Of a stretch of 64,000 nucleotides of DNA, positions 20,934-31,617 are shown one piece after another. The translations under genes were made by a program, and so were the position numbers. The notes below the pieces were generated by a model. The model was not told the DNA's origin and ran no database searches. It saw only the letters and a program-made list of their open reading frames with translations. Source of the DNA: Candidatus Poriferisocius sp. (GTDB lineage: Bacteria; Actinomycetota; Acidimicrobiia; Acidimicrobiales; Bin134); NCBI GenBank assembly GCA_965221865.1, contig OZ244918.1:91259-155258 (forward strand), written 5' to 3'. The first letter of the stretch is position 1. Every line of letters starts with the position of its first letter.

Positions 20934-22043
20934 TCAGGTACGACGCACAGCCAGGATAGCTACGTCATCGCTAACCGTACCATCGGCAAAATCACGCGCT
21001 GCTTCTAGCAACGTTTTACATAAAACATCTGGCGACACGGTGGGATCGCGGCGCAGATGCTGCGCTATACGATCTTCACCAAATTGGGCATCCCCATAAC
21101 GCACCTCAGCTAAACCGTCGGTGTACATCAGCACAGTATCGCCCGCGTCTAAAGGAATTTCACGGCTGAAGTAAGTGCTAGAAGCATCCAACATCAAAAG
21201 TGGCCCAGTAGCTCGCAGCGGCTGCACCTCTTTTTCATGCCAGATCCAAGCTGCAGGGTGACCAGCTGAGGCATACCGCATAGCTTGGGCTTCAGCATCA
21301 AACACCACCAGCACCGCGGAGATGAACTCTTCAGAGCGTTCAATGGATGCCATCTGCGCGTTTAGTTCTTCTAGCGCTTGAGCTGGATCACGAAACTGCC
21401 CTAAGAAAACCCGCAGCAAGTACTTGGCCTGAAAAGCTGTAATAGAAGACTCAATCCCCCTGCCTGCTACGTCACCTACTAATGCAGCTACACGCGTTGG
21501 GCTAATGCGAAAGACATCAAAAAAATCACCTGCCATAACCCCTTCACCGGCTTGATACACCCTACCCACCTCATAACCTGCGAAATCAGGGAGGTCATCT
21601 GGGGCTAGACGATCTGCCCAAGCTACAGGAGCCAGATCACCTTGGCTGAGGGTTTGTTCGGCGCGACGTTCCCGCTCAAAACGTTCTTGCGTAAGTCGAG
21701 CTTCAGCTACCGCTCGCCTCCCCCACCAAAGAGGGAACATAGCGGGTATCACCACTAGTGCTAACACCGCTGCCACTACCCTAGAGTCCACAAATGCTGT
21801 GACCAGTGCCACTATGGTGATAGCCGCGTAGAGCAAAGCAGCATGAGCATCGCGACGAAAGCTGGACTGAGCTAAGGTGCGAACAGCCTCATAAGCACGC
21901 TCACCTTCTTCATCATAATCTTCACCTGCGTGAGTTAGTTCAACGCGGCGTAAGAACCTATAGCGGTGCTGAGCTGCACGTATAAAGACCTCTCCAGCGT
22001 ACACGCACACGCCCGCGGTGATTAGCAGGAACAAAAGCACCAT
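20934..22043 (-). CDS. Membrane-bound PP2C/SpoIIE (RsbU-like) serine phosphatase
   Basis: GDFFD, GDVAGRG, SAGHP, YTDGL and DDVAIL motifs; N-terminal TM helices. Confidence 0.9.
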   Translation of the reverse strand: MVLLFLLITAGVCVYAGEVFIRAAQHRYRFLRRVELTHAGEDYDEEGERAYEAVRTLAQSSFRRDAHAALLYAAITIVALVTAFVDSRVVAAVLALVVIPAMFPLWWGRRAVAEARLTQERFERERRAEQTLSQGDLAPVAWADRLAPDDLPDFAGYEVGRVYQAGEGVMAGDFFDVFRISPTRVAALVGDVAGRGIESSITAFQAKYLLRVFLGQFRDPAQALEELNAQMASIERSEEFISAVLVVFDAEAQAMRYASAGHPAAWIWHEKEVQPLRATGPLLMLDASSTYFSREIPLDAGDTVLMYTDGLAEVRYGDAQFGEDRIAQHLRRDPTVSPDVLCKTLLEAARDFADGTVSDDVAILAVRRT

Positions 22044-22052
22044 AAGGTAAGG

Positions 22053-23453
22053 TTACTCCCCTGAACGGCGCCGCACCCGCAACTTAATTGGTACTGCGCC
22101 AAGGTGAAAAGCTTCACGCAAGCTGCGTTCCAAGTAACGAAGATACGTGCGAGGCAAGGTGCGGTTAGCAAATAAGGTAAATGTTGGAGGATCAGATGCG
22201 CCCTGTGTGGCATACAAAACACGGGCACCATCAGGAGCCCGATGAGCGGCTTGGGCTTCTCGTAAAACTTTGTTAACTGCCTGAGTGGGAATGCGCCTGC
22301 GGTATTCGGCAATGATTTGGCGCAGTTCGGGCAACAGTCGGCTTAAACCTTTTCCTGATAGGGCGCTAGTTCGCAGTACAGCAGCTTCGCCTAAAAAATG
22401 TAGACGGCGGTCTATATTTGCAACTATTAGCCGGCGAGACTCAGCGTTGAGCAGATCCCACTTGTTTAGCAGCACCACAACAGGGCAACCAGCGCTGTCT
22501 GCGCGTTCAGCTAAACGCTGATCTTGATGGGTTATGCCAACTGTTGCATCGATTACCAACAGCACAACGTCACAACGGTCTACTGCTTGTAAGGCGCGCA
22601 ATACAGAGTAGTACTCGGTTGGTTCATCTATGCGGGTACGGCGGCGCATGCCAGCAGTGTCCACAAAACAGATGAGGCCTAATTCAGTTTTTACAACGGT
22701 GTCGATAGTGTCTCGGGTGGTGCCAGGTTGGTCATGAACCACAGACCGGTTTTCGCCTAATAAACGATTGAACAGAGTGGATTTACCAACATTTGGGCGG
22801 CCTACTATCGCCACCGACATCGTTGGGGTATCGCTAGCGTTGGGTTCTGTAACAGCAGCGTTTTGGCTTGCGTTGAGGTCTTGTGGCAAAGATTCAGGCA
22901 ACAACATCACAGAAGCGTCTAGAAGATCTCCTACCCCTGTACCATGCAAAGCGCTGATCGGAAAAGGATCTCCTAAGCCTAATCTGGTGAACTCCCAAAT
23001 TGCGCTTTGATGTTTCTCATCATCCACTTTATTTGCTGCTACAAAAACAGTGCCACGGCGCCCTCGTAGCTTGACAGCTACCCCCTCATCATCGCTGGTG
23101 ATACCCGTTTGGGAACATACCACCATAATCACCGCATCGGCATCAGTCATAGACTTCTCGCTTTGAGCCGATACTTTATCGTCCATTACACCGTTAGCAC
23201 CGCTACCAACGGGTACCCACCCACCTGTGTCTACCACCGTAAATTGTTGGCCTTGCCAGCTTGCTAACACCTCCTTACGGTCGCGGGTAACCCCGGGATG
23301 TTGTGCAACTATTGCCTCGCGCCGTCCTAAAATGCGGTTCAGCAACGTAGATTTACCCACGTTAGGGCGACCAACTATAGCGATTGTTGGTAGAACCAAC
23401 CGCGACGCAATGGTTGGTGCTGTGCCAGCAGACTTAGCAGCAACTTCACTCAT
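22053..23453 (-). CDS. der: Ribosome biogenesis GTPase Der
   Basis: Two GRPNVGKS G-domains with DTGG/DTAG and NKVD/NKWD. Confidence 0.96.
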   Translation of the reverse strand: MSEVAAKSAGTAPTIASRLVLPTIAIVGRPNVGKSTLLNRILGRREAIVAQHPGVTRDRKEVLASWQGQQFTVVDTGGWVPVGSGANGVMDDKVSAQSEKSMTDADAVIMVVCSQTGITSDDEGVAVKLRGRRGTVFVAANKVDDEKHQSAIWEFTRLGLGDPFPISALHGTGVGDLLDASVMLLPESLPQDLNASQNAAVTEPNASDTPTMSVAIVGRPNVGKSTLFNRLLGENRSVVHDQPGTTRDTIDTVVKTELGLICFVDTAGMRRRTRIDEPTEYYSVLRALQAVDRCDVVLLVIDATVGITHQDQRLAERADSAGCPVVVLLNKWDLLNAESRRLIVANIDRRLHFLGEAAVLRTSALSGKGLSRLLPELRQIIAEYRRRIPTQAVNKVLREAQAAHRAPDGARVLYATQGASDPPTFTLFANRTLPRTYLRYLERSLREAFHLGAVPIKLRVRRRSGE

Positions 23454-24804
23454 CTAAAGCTTGCCTTAGAGCAATGCCATCAGCTGGTAGCACTTCTATT
23501 GCGCGGGGCAAATCTGACGGTCTTGTACCATCTAAAAACATTCCTTTCGACAAGCACACGTCGGGCAGCAAGTAACGATGCCCTTGTGGTTCTTTTTCTA
23601 AAGTACGCGCAATGTCTGCTCCCACTAAAAGGCCAGCCACATCGGTGGTGCCCCCAAAAAAACGGTTCTCTACTGTTATCACCCGCACGTTGGTCTTGTT
23701 TAGTTGAGCCACTAGCGGTGCTAGCACTTTGGCTCCGTAACCTCCTGTAATGAGCCCTACTGGAGTATCTCTGCGCGATTGTAATTTTACTGGCTGATCT
23801 GTGACACGAGGGGTTCTGTATCCTTGTGGTGGGGCCCCGTCTACCCACGCAAAAAAACCGAGGCGAGTGCCAATAGCGTTTTGTCTTTCACCTAAGAACT
23901 CCATGCGAAAACTAACAGCCATACCAACACCGTCTTCATGCATGCTAAAGCCCTCATAGGCAGCAGGTGGGGGAAACTCTAAGTTAGCTAGCAGATAGTA
24001 TTCATCGGCAGCAAACACCACTCGGCGACCTAATGCTTGCAAGTTGAGCTGCTGCCATTGTTCTACTGTGTGTATAACATTTGCGGCTTCGAAGCGGGTG
24101 TGAGGGCGCAGACGTTCTTGTGTGGAATAGCGTGATACTCCTAAAGGCACCACACATACGCTAGCTATTTCGGGGTATTCATCGGTGATACCTGCCAGGG
24201 TGTCTTCTAAAACATCTTTGTCGTTCACATCTGGGCATACAACCACTTGTCCATGAACTTCTATACCATGATCTAACAAAGCCCTAAGCCAGCGCAGGCT
24301 GCTAGCACCACGAGGGTTTCGCAGCATTGCAGCTCGAACTTTTGGATTGGTTGCATGAATGCTCACATTTAGTGGTGAGAGCTTTTCGGTGATTACCCGC
24401 TCTAAATCTGCCTCTGTGAAACGCGTCAAGGTAGTGAAATTGCCGTACAGGAATGACAGACGGTAATCATCGTCTTTTAGATATAAGCTGCGCCGCAGTC
24501 CTGGTGGGAGTTGGTAGATAAAACAAAACTCACAGTGGTTGTCACATGTGCGTACTCTGTCAAACAATGCCGAATCAACCTGAACGCCGAGCGGTTGGCC
24601 TGGGTGTTTAGATACTTCTAGTTCTAATATTATGCCATCGCGCTGTAAATCTAAGCTCAGCTCTGCTTCGTCTATAAGCTGTTGATATTGGATAACGTCT
24701 TTAGGAACAACCCCGTTGATAGCTAGAAGCTCATCGCCAGCGCGAATGCCTATGCTGGCTGCAACCGATCCTTCGCTAACTGCTGTAACCCGAGGGGCTG
24801 ACAT
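23446..24804 (-). CDS. PDZ + radical-SAM-like DUF512 protein
   Basis: N-terminal PDZ-like segment, CDNHCEFC and KDDDYRLSFLYGNFTTLT; usual der neighbour. Confidence 0.88.
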   Translation of the reverse strand: MSAPRVTAVSEGSVAASIGIRAGDELLAINGVVPKDVIQYQQLIDEAELSLDLQRDGIILELEVSKHPGQPLGVQVDSALFDRVRTCDNHCEFCFIYQLPPGLRRSLYLKDDDYRLSFLYGNFTTLTRFTEADLERVITEKLSPLNVSIHATNPKVRAAMLRNPRGASSLRWLRALLDHGIEVHGQVVVCPDVNDKDVLEDTLAGITDEYPEIASVCVVPLGVSRYSTQERLRPHTRFEAANVIHTVEQWQQLNLQALGRRVVFAADEYYLLANLEFPPPAAYEGFSMHEDGVGMAVSFRMEFLGERQNAIGTRLGFFAWVDGAPPQGYRTPRVTDQPVKLQSRRDTPVGLITGGYGAKVLAPLVAQLNKTNVRVITVENRFFGGTTDVAGLLVGADIARTLEKEPQGHRYLLPDVCLSKGMFLDGTRPSDLPRAIEVLPADGIALRQALDE

Positions 24805-24852
24805 AGTTCTTAAGGATACGGCAGATACCTCTAGTGCGGTAGCTTGATAGCT

Positions 24853-25887
24853 GTGAATGTAGACAAGGTACTTTTGGCTGCCCCCCGAGGATTTTGCGCT
24901 GGGGTTGAAATGGCAATCAAAGCCCTCGCTTGGTTAGTGCGTACGTTTGACGGGCCGATTTACTGTTATCACGAGATCGTCCACAACAAACTAGTAGTAC
25001 ACCGCTTTGAAAAGCTAGGAGTGATTTTTGTAGACGACATTTCTAAGGTACCACCCGGATACCCCATCATGTTGTCAGCTCACGGCTCGGCTCCCGAAAT
25101 TGTGGCAGCAGCTACAAAACAAGCCAGCTACATGGTGGATGCAGTGTGCCCATTAGTTACAAAAGTGCATCATGAGGTAAAAGTACGGGCTAACAAAGGC
25201 TACCGGATCGTGTATGTGGGACATCAAGACCATGAGGAAGCTGTCGGTACTATGGCCGTAGCACCTGAATCGATTTATCCTGTTGCAAGCGTGGCCAATG
25301 TTGAAGCCCTGGCGCAATTTAGTGAACCGGTGGCACTCCTAGCGCAAACTACCTTATCTCACAAAGACTGGGAACAGATACAGCATGCGGCTCAAAACCG
25401 CTACCCAAACATGTGGGTACCAGGACGCAGCGACTTGTGTTTTGCCACCACCAACCGTCAAGCAGCGCTTACAGCTATCGCAAAAGATTGTGAAACAGTG
25501 ATCATCGTAGGTTCTGCTAACTCTTCTAATACACGCGCCTTAGAAAAACTGGCTATAGAGTTGGGATGTAACAACGTCTACAGGATTAACCAAGCCGCTG
25601 AGCTTCCTCAGAACCTCTCAGGAGTAGTAGGGCTCACAGCAGGAGCTTCAGCACCCGAAGAGTTAATTATGGAAGTGTTGGATTATCTTAACCCTGCACA
25701 GGGCACCGAGGAGATACCTATCACTGATGAGGATGAGTATTTTCCGCCTCCCCGTAAACTGCGTGAGCTGATTGCAGCTTCTGGGGCAATGGCTTCGTTC
25801 AGCCTTGGTGGAGCACCTGCTTGCACACCCATAGCAGATCGTCAAGTGTCTGCTAGCGCTGTATTAGACGGCTTAGCTAAAAGGTAA
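24853..25887 (+). CDS. ispH: 4-hydroxy-3-methylbut-2-enyl diphosphate reductase
   Basis: PRGFCAGV, HEIVHN, DAVCPLV and SANSSN. Start placed at GTG 24853, 7 nt after a TAGCTT -10 box. Confidence 0.95.
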   Translation: MNVDKVLLAAPRGFCAGVEMAIKALAWLVRTFDGPIYCYHEIVHNKLVVHRFEKLGVIFVDDISKVPPGYPIMLSAHGSAPEIVAAATKQASYMVDAVCPLVTKVHHEVKVRANKGYRIVYVGHQDHEEAVGTMAVAPESIYPVASVANVEALAQFSEPVALLAQTTLSHKDWEQIQHAAQNRYPNMWVPGRSDLCFATTNRQAALTAIAKDCETVIIVGSANSSNTRALEKLAIELGCNNVYRINQAAELPQNLSGVVGLTAGASAPEELIMEVLDYLNPAQGTEEIPITDEDEYFPPPRKLRELIAASGAMASFSLGGAPACTPIADRQVSASAVLDGLAKR

Positions 25888-25922
25888 AAGCTTACACATA
25901 CATCATCTAGCTAATCATCTAG

Positions 25923-26648
25923 CTAATCTGCCGCATCATGTGTGCTAACTTCCAAACCAAGTTCTTGTTGCACCTGATCAAACATTGTCTGTAACACCTC
26001 GCGCAGTTCGCTAGAGTGTTGCACAAGAACTTCTCTAGACAAACGCCCACGACTGTCCACTGCTGGCGGGCTAAGCGGCTTGCCCCAAACAATACGTACT
26101 TTATGAGGACGCGGCACACGCACCCCGATTCCCATAGCCCGCTCGGTACCCCCAATAGCAACCGGCACTACTGGTACTTGTGCTCTAGCCGAAAGCCAGA
26201 TCACCCCATCCATAAGAGGAAAAATACGCGGTCCTGACTTTCGCTCCCCCTCAGGGAACATCACAAGCGGCTGGGATGCTTGCAACACCGTTAACGCTGC
26301 TTTGAGGGCGCTGCGATCTATCTTGTCACGTCTTACTGGGAAAGCGCCCATAGCTACTAACAGCCAGGTGATAATAGGGCCACGAAACAAACCGCTTTTA
26401 GCGAAGTACCGCAGCGGACGTCCAGCAGATGCCCCCAACATCGGTGTATCTAAGTTTGAGCGATGGGTTGGTGCGATTATTACGCCACCTTGAGCAGGCA
26501 GATTGCTGCGGCCACGTGTGTAACACCGAAAGTACACGCCGAAGATTGCTCGTGAAAAACGTTGTGCAAATATGTGGAAAATAACCGCTGCAAACCGTCC
26601 TTTAGCTTCTAAGACATCGGGGCGTAGCTGATCGCCGTGTTCAGGCAC
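25923..26648 (-). CDS. plsC: Lysophospholipid (1-acyl-G3P) acyltransferase
   Basis: THRSNLD and FPEGER motifs. Start taken at the GTG overlapping the cmk stop; the ORF track start is 26693. Confidence 0.85.
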   Translation of the reverse strand: MPEHGDQLRPDVLEAKGRFAAVIFHIFAQRFSRAIFGVYFRCYTRGRSNLPAQGGVIIAPTHRSNLDTPMLGASAGRPLRYFAKSGLFRGPIITWLLVAMGAFPVRRDKIDRSALKAALTVLQASQPLVMFPEGERKSGPRIFPLMDGVIWLSARAQVPVVPVAIGGTERAMGIGVRVPRPHKVRIVWGKPLSPPAVDSRGRLSREVLVQHSSELREVLQTMFDQVQQELGLEVSTHDAAD

Positions 26649-27318
26649 AGCCCGCATCCAAGCAAGCCAAAAGTTTGTCGACCACCTCATCAATGGTAAA
26701 AAAAGTGGTGTCTAGGTGTAGCGCGTCAGGCGCTTGCGTTAGGGGATCGTGTTGTCGGGTGGAATCAGTAGCATCTCTTGCTGCAAGATCAGCCGCCACT
26801 GCCGCGTAATCTAAAGCGGACACTTCTTGCGCACGGCGTTTGGCTCTTACATTCACAGAGGCACTTAGGTACACCTTAAGTTGCGCATCAGGAAATACTG
26901 CAGTACCAATATCTCGGCCTTCAAGCACTCCCCCGCCGCGTTCTACTACCCAAGCTCTTTGCAGCACCCGCAGCACTTCTCTCACTCCAGAAACCGCGGC
27001 TACCGTGCTAACCGAACGAGTAACCTCAGGACCTCTAATCTGAGTAGTCACATCCATGCCATTTACCAAAACCACATCTTGTCCCACTTCTATATTGCTC
27101 TTTTTAGCCACCTCAACTATGGCATCACTATCGGCTAAATCAACCCCGCGCGCTAACACTGCAAATGCCACAGAACGATACATAGCACCTGTGTCCAAGT
27201 ATTCCAACCCCAAGCGCTCAGCTAGACGTTTAGCAACGGTTGACTTACCTGAACCTGCGGGCCCATCAATTGCAATAACCGTTAGGTCTTTTAACACCCG
27301 ATCTGTCAGATCGCTCAC
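26641..27318 (-). CDS. cmk: Cytidylate kinase
   Basis: IDGPAGSGKST, LDTGAMYR and EGRDIGT. Confidence 0.96.
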   Translation of the reverse strand: MSDLTDRVLKDLTVIAIDGPAGSGKSTVAKRLAERLGLEYLDTGAMYRSVAFAVLARGVDLADSDAIVEVAKKSNIEVGQDVVLVNGMDVTTQIRGPEVTRSVSTVAAVSGVREVLRVLQRAWVVERGGGVLEGRDIGTAVFPDAQLKVYLSASVNVRAKRRAQEVSALDYAAVAADLAARDATDSTRQHDPLTQAPDALHLDTTFFTIDEVVDKLLACLDAGCA

Positions 27319-28667
27319 CGGGCAACTCCATCAGGGTTTTGTGGGCTTTTGAAATTGTCTGTTGAAGTTGCTGCTACATCAATTGCGCTACCGGTGAGGG
27401 CAACCAAGTCGTCTGCAAAACCGGGATAGCTAGTAACTGTAGCATCAAACCCTTGCACTGTAGTTGACCCTAAACCTACTGCTCCTGCAATAGCTGCGGC
27501 CATGGCCATACGATGATCACCCCTTGAATGAATTGTTGCACTCTGCAAACTTTCTGTACTACCAAGCCCTAAGATTTCTAAGCGCTCTTGGGTGATGCGA
27601 TGCTCAACTCCTAAAGCGGTGAGAAGATCGCCAATAGCAGCTACCCGGTCGGTTTCTTTGTAACGCAACTCAGCAATGCCTTCAAAGATTGTCACCCCAT
27701 GTGCGACTGCGGCTGCTAAAGCCAGAATCGGCACCTCATCGATACATCCCGGCAACTCTGCTGAGGTAACTTGCGTGCCGGTTAGCTGGCTGCTGCGGGC
27801 TTGGATATTACCTGTTATGGGGTCTGCAATAATGTCTGCGCCCATACGCTGCAAGATTTCCACAAAACCGCATCTTGCTGGGCCCAAATAAACGCCTTCT
27901 GTGGTTACTTCACTGTCAGGGGCTAAACACGCAGCTACTAACCAAAAAGCTGCCTGAGATGGGTCGCCTGCCACGTTCATATCTGGTGGGTCTAATGCTC
28001 CAGGCCAGATTTTGATTACATTGCCTGTTCGCTTGAGCTTGGCTCCAGCTGCTAACAGCATTTCCTCAGTGTGGGTTCTACTAAGTTGTGGTTCTGTAAT
28101 TGTGGTTGGGCTTTTAGCGCGCAATGCTGCTAGCAACACAGCACTTTTTACCTGTGCTGATGCAACAGGCAAGACGTAATCAATGCCCTGCAGATTCCCT
28201 CCATGAACAACTAAAGGTGCTAGCGAAGCATCAGGGCCGCTACCAGCAACGAAAGCCCCCATAGCTGCTAAAGGGTGCATCACCCTCCCCATAGGGCGGC
28301 GGCGTATCGAAGCATCGCCATCAAGCGTTGTTGTAAAATTAAACCCTGCAACTATCCCTGCTAACAGGCGTATTCCAGTACCAGAATTGCCGAGATAGAT
28401 GACCTCAGAAGTACCCCTGATATTTCCACTGATCCGCAAAGCATTTTTGCTCAGAGGTGTACTGCGGGCACCTAAAGCCGAAAGAGCGCTCAAGGTGTGA
28501 GCAACATCTGCGCCGTCTGAGAGACCTCGAATCTCACAAGGCCGCTCTGCGAACGCAGCTATCATCAAAGCTCGGTGCGAGATTGATTTGTCACCAGGCA
28601 CCTTACAAAACCCGTTAAAACTACGCCCTCCTGTAACGGTGATTTGCGAAGACGCAGCTTTTGACAT
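27315..28667 (-). CDS. aroA: 3-phosphoshikimate 1-carboxyvinyltransferase
   Basis: PGDKSISHR, GNSGTGIRL, SAQVKSA, KETDR and DHRMAM. Confidence 0.96.
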   Translation of the reverse strand: MSKAASSQITVTGGRSFNGFCKVPGDKSISHRALMIAAFAERPCEIRGLSDGADVAHTLSALSALGARSTPLSKNALRISGNIRGTSEVIYLGNSGTGIRLLAGIVAGFNFTTTLDGDASIRRRPMGRVMHPLAAMGAFVAGSGPDASLAPLVVHGGNLQGIDYVLPVASAQVKSAVLLAALRAKSPTTITEPQLSRTHTEEMLLAAGAKLKRTGNVIKIWPGALDPPDMNVAGDPSQAAFWLVAACLAPDSEVTTEGVYLGPARCGFVEILQRMGADIIADPITGNIQARSSQLTGTQVTSAELPGCIDEVPILALAAAVAHGVTIFEGIAELRYKETDRVAAIGDLLTALGVEHRITQERLEILGLGSTESLQSATIHSRGDHRMAMAAAIAGAVGLGSTTVQGFDATVTSYPGFADDLVALTGSAIDVAATSTDNFKSPQNPDGVAR

Positions 28668-28670
28668 GGG

Positions 28671-29750
28671 TTATCTAGCTGCTAGTGCTCGCACAGAGGG
28701 GGCATAACCTTGTTCCCGCAGCGCTTCTACTAAACTTTGGGCTTGCTGGTCGTATACAACCAGTATGGCAACACCTTGTCCGCCCTCAACCGAGTGAGCA
28801 ATTTCTAGGTCGTAAATGTTTACACCAATATCAGTGGTCAAGCTGGTAATACGGGCTAGCTCCCCTGGTCGATCAAACACTGCTAGTCGCACCTCTACTA
28901 GTGATACATGACGCTCAAGACCATAAGGCAAATGCGAACGGGCAGAACGAGCTTGCTCTAAAAGCTTCAACAAACTGGCGTGATCACCTGCGGCCACTAG
29001 AGAACGTACTTTGCCTAAAGAAGCGATGAATCGGTCCAATGTGGCGCAAATAGCTTTGGAGTTCTCATCACAGATATCAGGCCATATTGCAGGATTTCCT
29101 GAGGCTATGCGAGTCATGTCCCGAAAACCTCCTGCAGCTAATCGCAACATTGCGCGGTGTTCTTCGGATCTGTCATCTGCTAAAGCCATCAAAGTAACCG
29201 CAGTGAGGTGCGGCACATGTGAGACTACAGCTACCAGTGCATCATGGCGTTCAGGAGCTAGTGAGATCACATCAGCGCCTAACGAAGCCACCACCGAACG
29301 AATTTGGACCAAAGAATTGTCTTCAGTTTGGTCGGTAGGGGTGAGCACCCATACTGCGTTGTGAAAAAGATCGGCGCGTGCCCCAGCAATGCCTTCTTGT
29401 TCGCTGCCTGCCATGGGATGGCCGCCAACAAAGCGCCCGTTGTTGACTTCGGCCACAATGGAAGCTTTAACACTGCCAACATCGCTGACTAACCCACTAG
29501 TAGAAGCTAGGACACGGCGGGCTTGGTTAGCTATTGCTCCAACCGGAGTAGCAATGAAGGTGATCTCTACATCGTCGGGAAAGCCAACCGCGTCGATAGC
29601 ACCGTTAGCTAGAGCTTGGGTTTCTGATTGCGGATTTTGGTCGCTGCCGCTTACCCACCAGCCTTGGGCGCGCAACGCTAACCCGATAGAGGTTCCTATT
29701 AGTCCTGTTCCTACTATTGCTGCACGGCGCTGTACTACAGGTGTGTTCAT
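28671..29750 (-). CDS. tyrA: Prephenate dehydrogenase with C-terminal ACT domain
   Basis: GTGLIG, DVGSVK, GGHPMAGSE, SHVPHL, GGFRDMTRIA and DRPGEL. Confidence 0.93.
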   Translation of the reverse strand: MNTPVVQRRAAIVGTGLIGTSIGLALRAQGWWVSGSDQNPQSETQALANGAIDAVGFPDDVEITFIATPVGAIANQARRVLASTSGLVSDVGSVKASIVAEVNNGRFVGGHPMAGSEQEGIAGARADLFHNAVWVLTPTDQTEDNSLVQIRSVVASLGADVISLAPERHDALVAVVSHVPHLTAVTLMALADDRSEEHRAMLRLAAGGFRDMTRIASGNPAIWPDICDENSKAICATLDRFIASLGKVRSLVAAGDHASLLKLLEQARSARSHLPYGLERHVSLVEVRLAVFDRPGELARITSLTTDIGVNIYDLEIAHSVEGGQGVAILVVYDQQAQSLVEALREQGYAPSVRALAAR

Positions 29751-30115
29751 TCGGGGAGATCGTCGCGCAAGCCCTTAGCACCCTCAAGATAAATGTGATG
29801 CAGCTCATGGCGTTGCCGTTCGGTATTGAGATGAATTAGCACGCGTAAACACCGTGGAGTGCTGGCGTTAATATCAAGTTCTTGAGCGCACAATAAAGGC
29901 ACATCACCGAGGCCAAAAACGCGTGCTGCTGCGGCAGGAAAACTCGCGTGAATATCGGGGGTAGCAGTGAAGATAATGCTAATCACATCTTCATGGTGAA
30001 TGTTGTTACGCTCAAACAGCTTTGTTAACAGCGCTATCATGCGCTCTTGGATCTGCTCAGGTGTGTCCGCATCTACGGTGGTAGCACCCCTCAAGGCACG
30101 CACTGCACTAGTCAC
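29747..30115 (-). CDS. aroH: Chorismate mutase, AroH type
   Basis: VRALRGAT, FPAAAAR and YLEGAKGLRDDL. Confidence 0.94.
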   Translation of the reverse strand: MTSAVRALRGATTVDADTPEQIQERMIALLTKLFERNNIHHEDVISIIFTATPDIHASFPAAAARVFGLGDVPLLCAQELDINASTPRCLRVLIHLNTERQRHELHHIYLEGAKGLRDDLPE

Positions 30116-30198
30116 GTCAAGATTTTACTGATTCAACACAGCATTTACGTTTCACTGTCTGAAATCACCCATCGACAATCTCCAAAAACTGTTGCCAC

Positions 30199-30966
30199 TC
30201 AACGATCTACAGGTTCACAAAAGCTATCTGTAGAGCTCTGGCTAACCCCTTCTAGCAGGCGTAACTCAGCCACAGTGAGTTCTCGCCAAGCACCTGGAGG
30301 CAAGTGAGGATCGGTGATGGGGCCGATACGGGTGCGAATCAGGCGCACCACCCGATAACCCACCGCTTCGCACATGCGTCGCACTAAACGGTTGCGTCCT
30401 TCGCTCACAACAATGCGCAGGATAGAGGTTTGCGGTAACGACACAGATATCGCTTGAGCTGGGCCATCGGCTAACTCCACCCCTTCACGTAACTGTCTCA
30501 GAGCACCGCGGCTAGGGTTTTTCTGCACATGCACCCAATACTCTTTTGCTACACCGTATGAAGGGTGTGTGAGACGTTGCGCTAAAGCACCGTTGTTGGT
30601 GAGGATCAACAGACCCTCGCTGTCGGTATCTAAACGGCCTACTGGAAATACCCTGGGAAATTTGGGCACCATTTCTACTACTGTTGGACGATCTTGAGGG
30701 TCTGCAGCAGTTGAAACCACACCGCGTGGTTTGTTAAGCAAATAATGTACTAGATCACTTCGGAGGCCAATATGGTTGCCGTCTACTGTTACCGTGTCGG
30801 TGCTGGGATCGACTTGTTGCCCGAGGATAGCTAGCTGACCGTTAACAGCGATACGGCCTTGCGTAATCATCTCTTCCACAGCGCGACGACTTGCAACCCC
30901 TGCTGCGGCTAATACCTTGTGAATGCGCCCCGGTTGAATATGCTGTAATGATAAGTTAGGTGACAT
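30199..30966 (-). CDS. rluB: rRNA pseudouridine synthase (RluB/RsuA family)
   Basis: S4 domain (GVASRR), VGRLD and EGRNRLVRRM; follows scpB. Confidence 0.9.
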   Translation of the reverse strand: MSPNLSLQHIQPGRIHKVLAAAGVASRRAVEEMITQGRIAVNGQLAILGQQVDPSTDTVTVDGNHIGLRSDLVHYLLNKPRGVVSTAADPQDRPTVVEMVPKFPRVFPVGRLDTDSEGLLILTNNGALAQRLTHPSYGVAKEYWVHVQKNPSRGALRQLREGVELADGPAQAISVSLPQTSILRIVVSEGRNRLVRRMCEAVGYRVVRLIRTRIGPITDPHLPPGAWRELTVAELRLLEGVSQSSTDSFCEPVDR

Positions 30967-31017
30967 GTTAATTGGATTATTGCAAATCGGGTTTAACCTG
31001 CGAAACTTGAGCTTGGT

Positions 31018-31617
31018 TCACTCTGTAGCTGTTCCTTCGGGGCGACTGTCCACCATCAAGCTGGTTTCTAAAGCTTCAATAACCCCCTCATCTGGAACGA
31101 AATCTACTAAGGGAGGAAGCTGTTCAAGCGACTCCAGCCCCAGACGCTCCAAAAAAGCAGTTGTTGTGCAAAACAACCTGGCATTACCAGGGCCGGGATC
31201 CCTGCTCACCTCTTGAACAAGACCCCGCTGCTCTAAGGTGCGTATCGCTCCTTCAGCGTTAACCCCACGAATGGCTGAAACCTGTGCTTTAGACAAAGGC
31301 TGTTTGTACGCCACGATAGCTAAAGTCTCTAGTGCAGCCGAAGATAAACGTTTGCTTTGACCGCTAACCACAAAACGTTTCACATGCGATTCAGCATCAG
31401 GATGACTACGATAGCGATAGCCACCCGCTACTTTTACCAACTCAAAACCACGTTTTTCTAGACGATATTCAGCAGCTAACTCTTCGCAGATCATTTCTAT
31501 CTGCTGCGTGGGTATCTCAATGAGCTGTGCCATGAGGCCAGCAGGCACCGGCTCATCAGCTACCATCACAATTGCCTCTACCGCTCTACGAGCCTCAAGA
31601 TTATGGTTATCCACCAT
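31018..31617 (-). CDS. scpB: SMC-Scp complex subunit ScpB
   Basis: LSSAALETLAIVAYKQP, IRGVN and FLERLGL. Confidence 0.95.
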   Translation of the reverse strand: MVDNHNLEARRAVEAIVMVADEPVPAGLMAQLIEIPTQQIEMICEELAAEYRLEKRGFELVKVAGGYRYRSHPDAESHVKRFVVSGQSKRLSSAALETLAIVAYKQPLSKAQVSAIRGVNAEGAIRTLEQRGLVQEVSRDPGPGNARLFCTTTAFLERLGLESLEQLPPLVDFVPDEGVIEALETSLMVDSRPEGTATE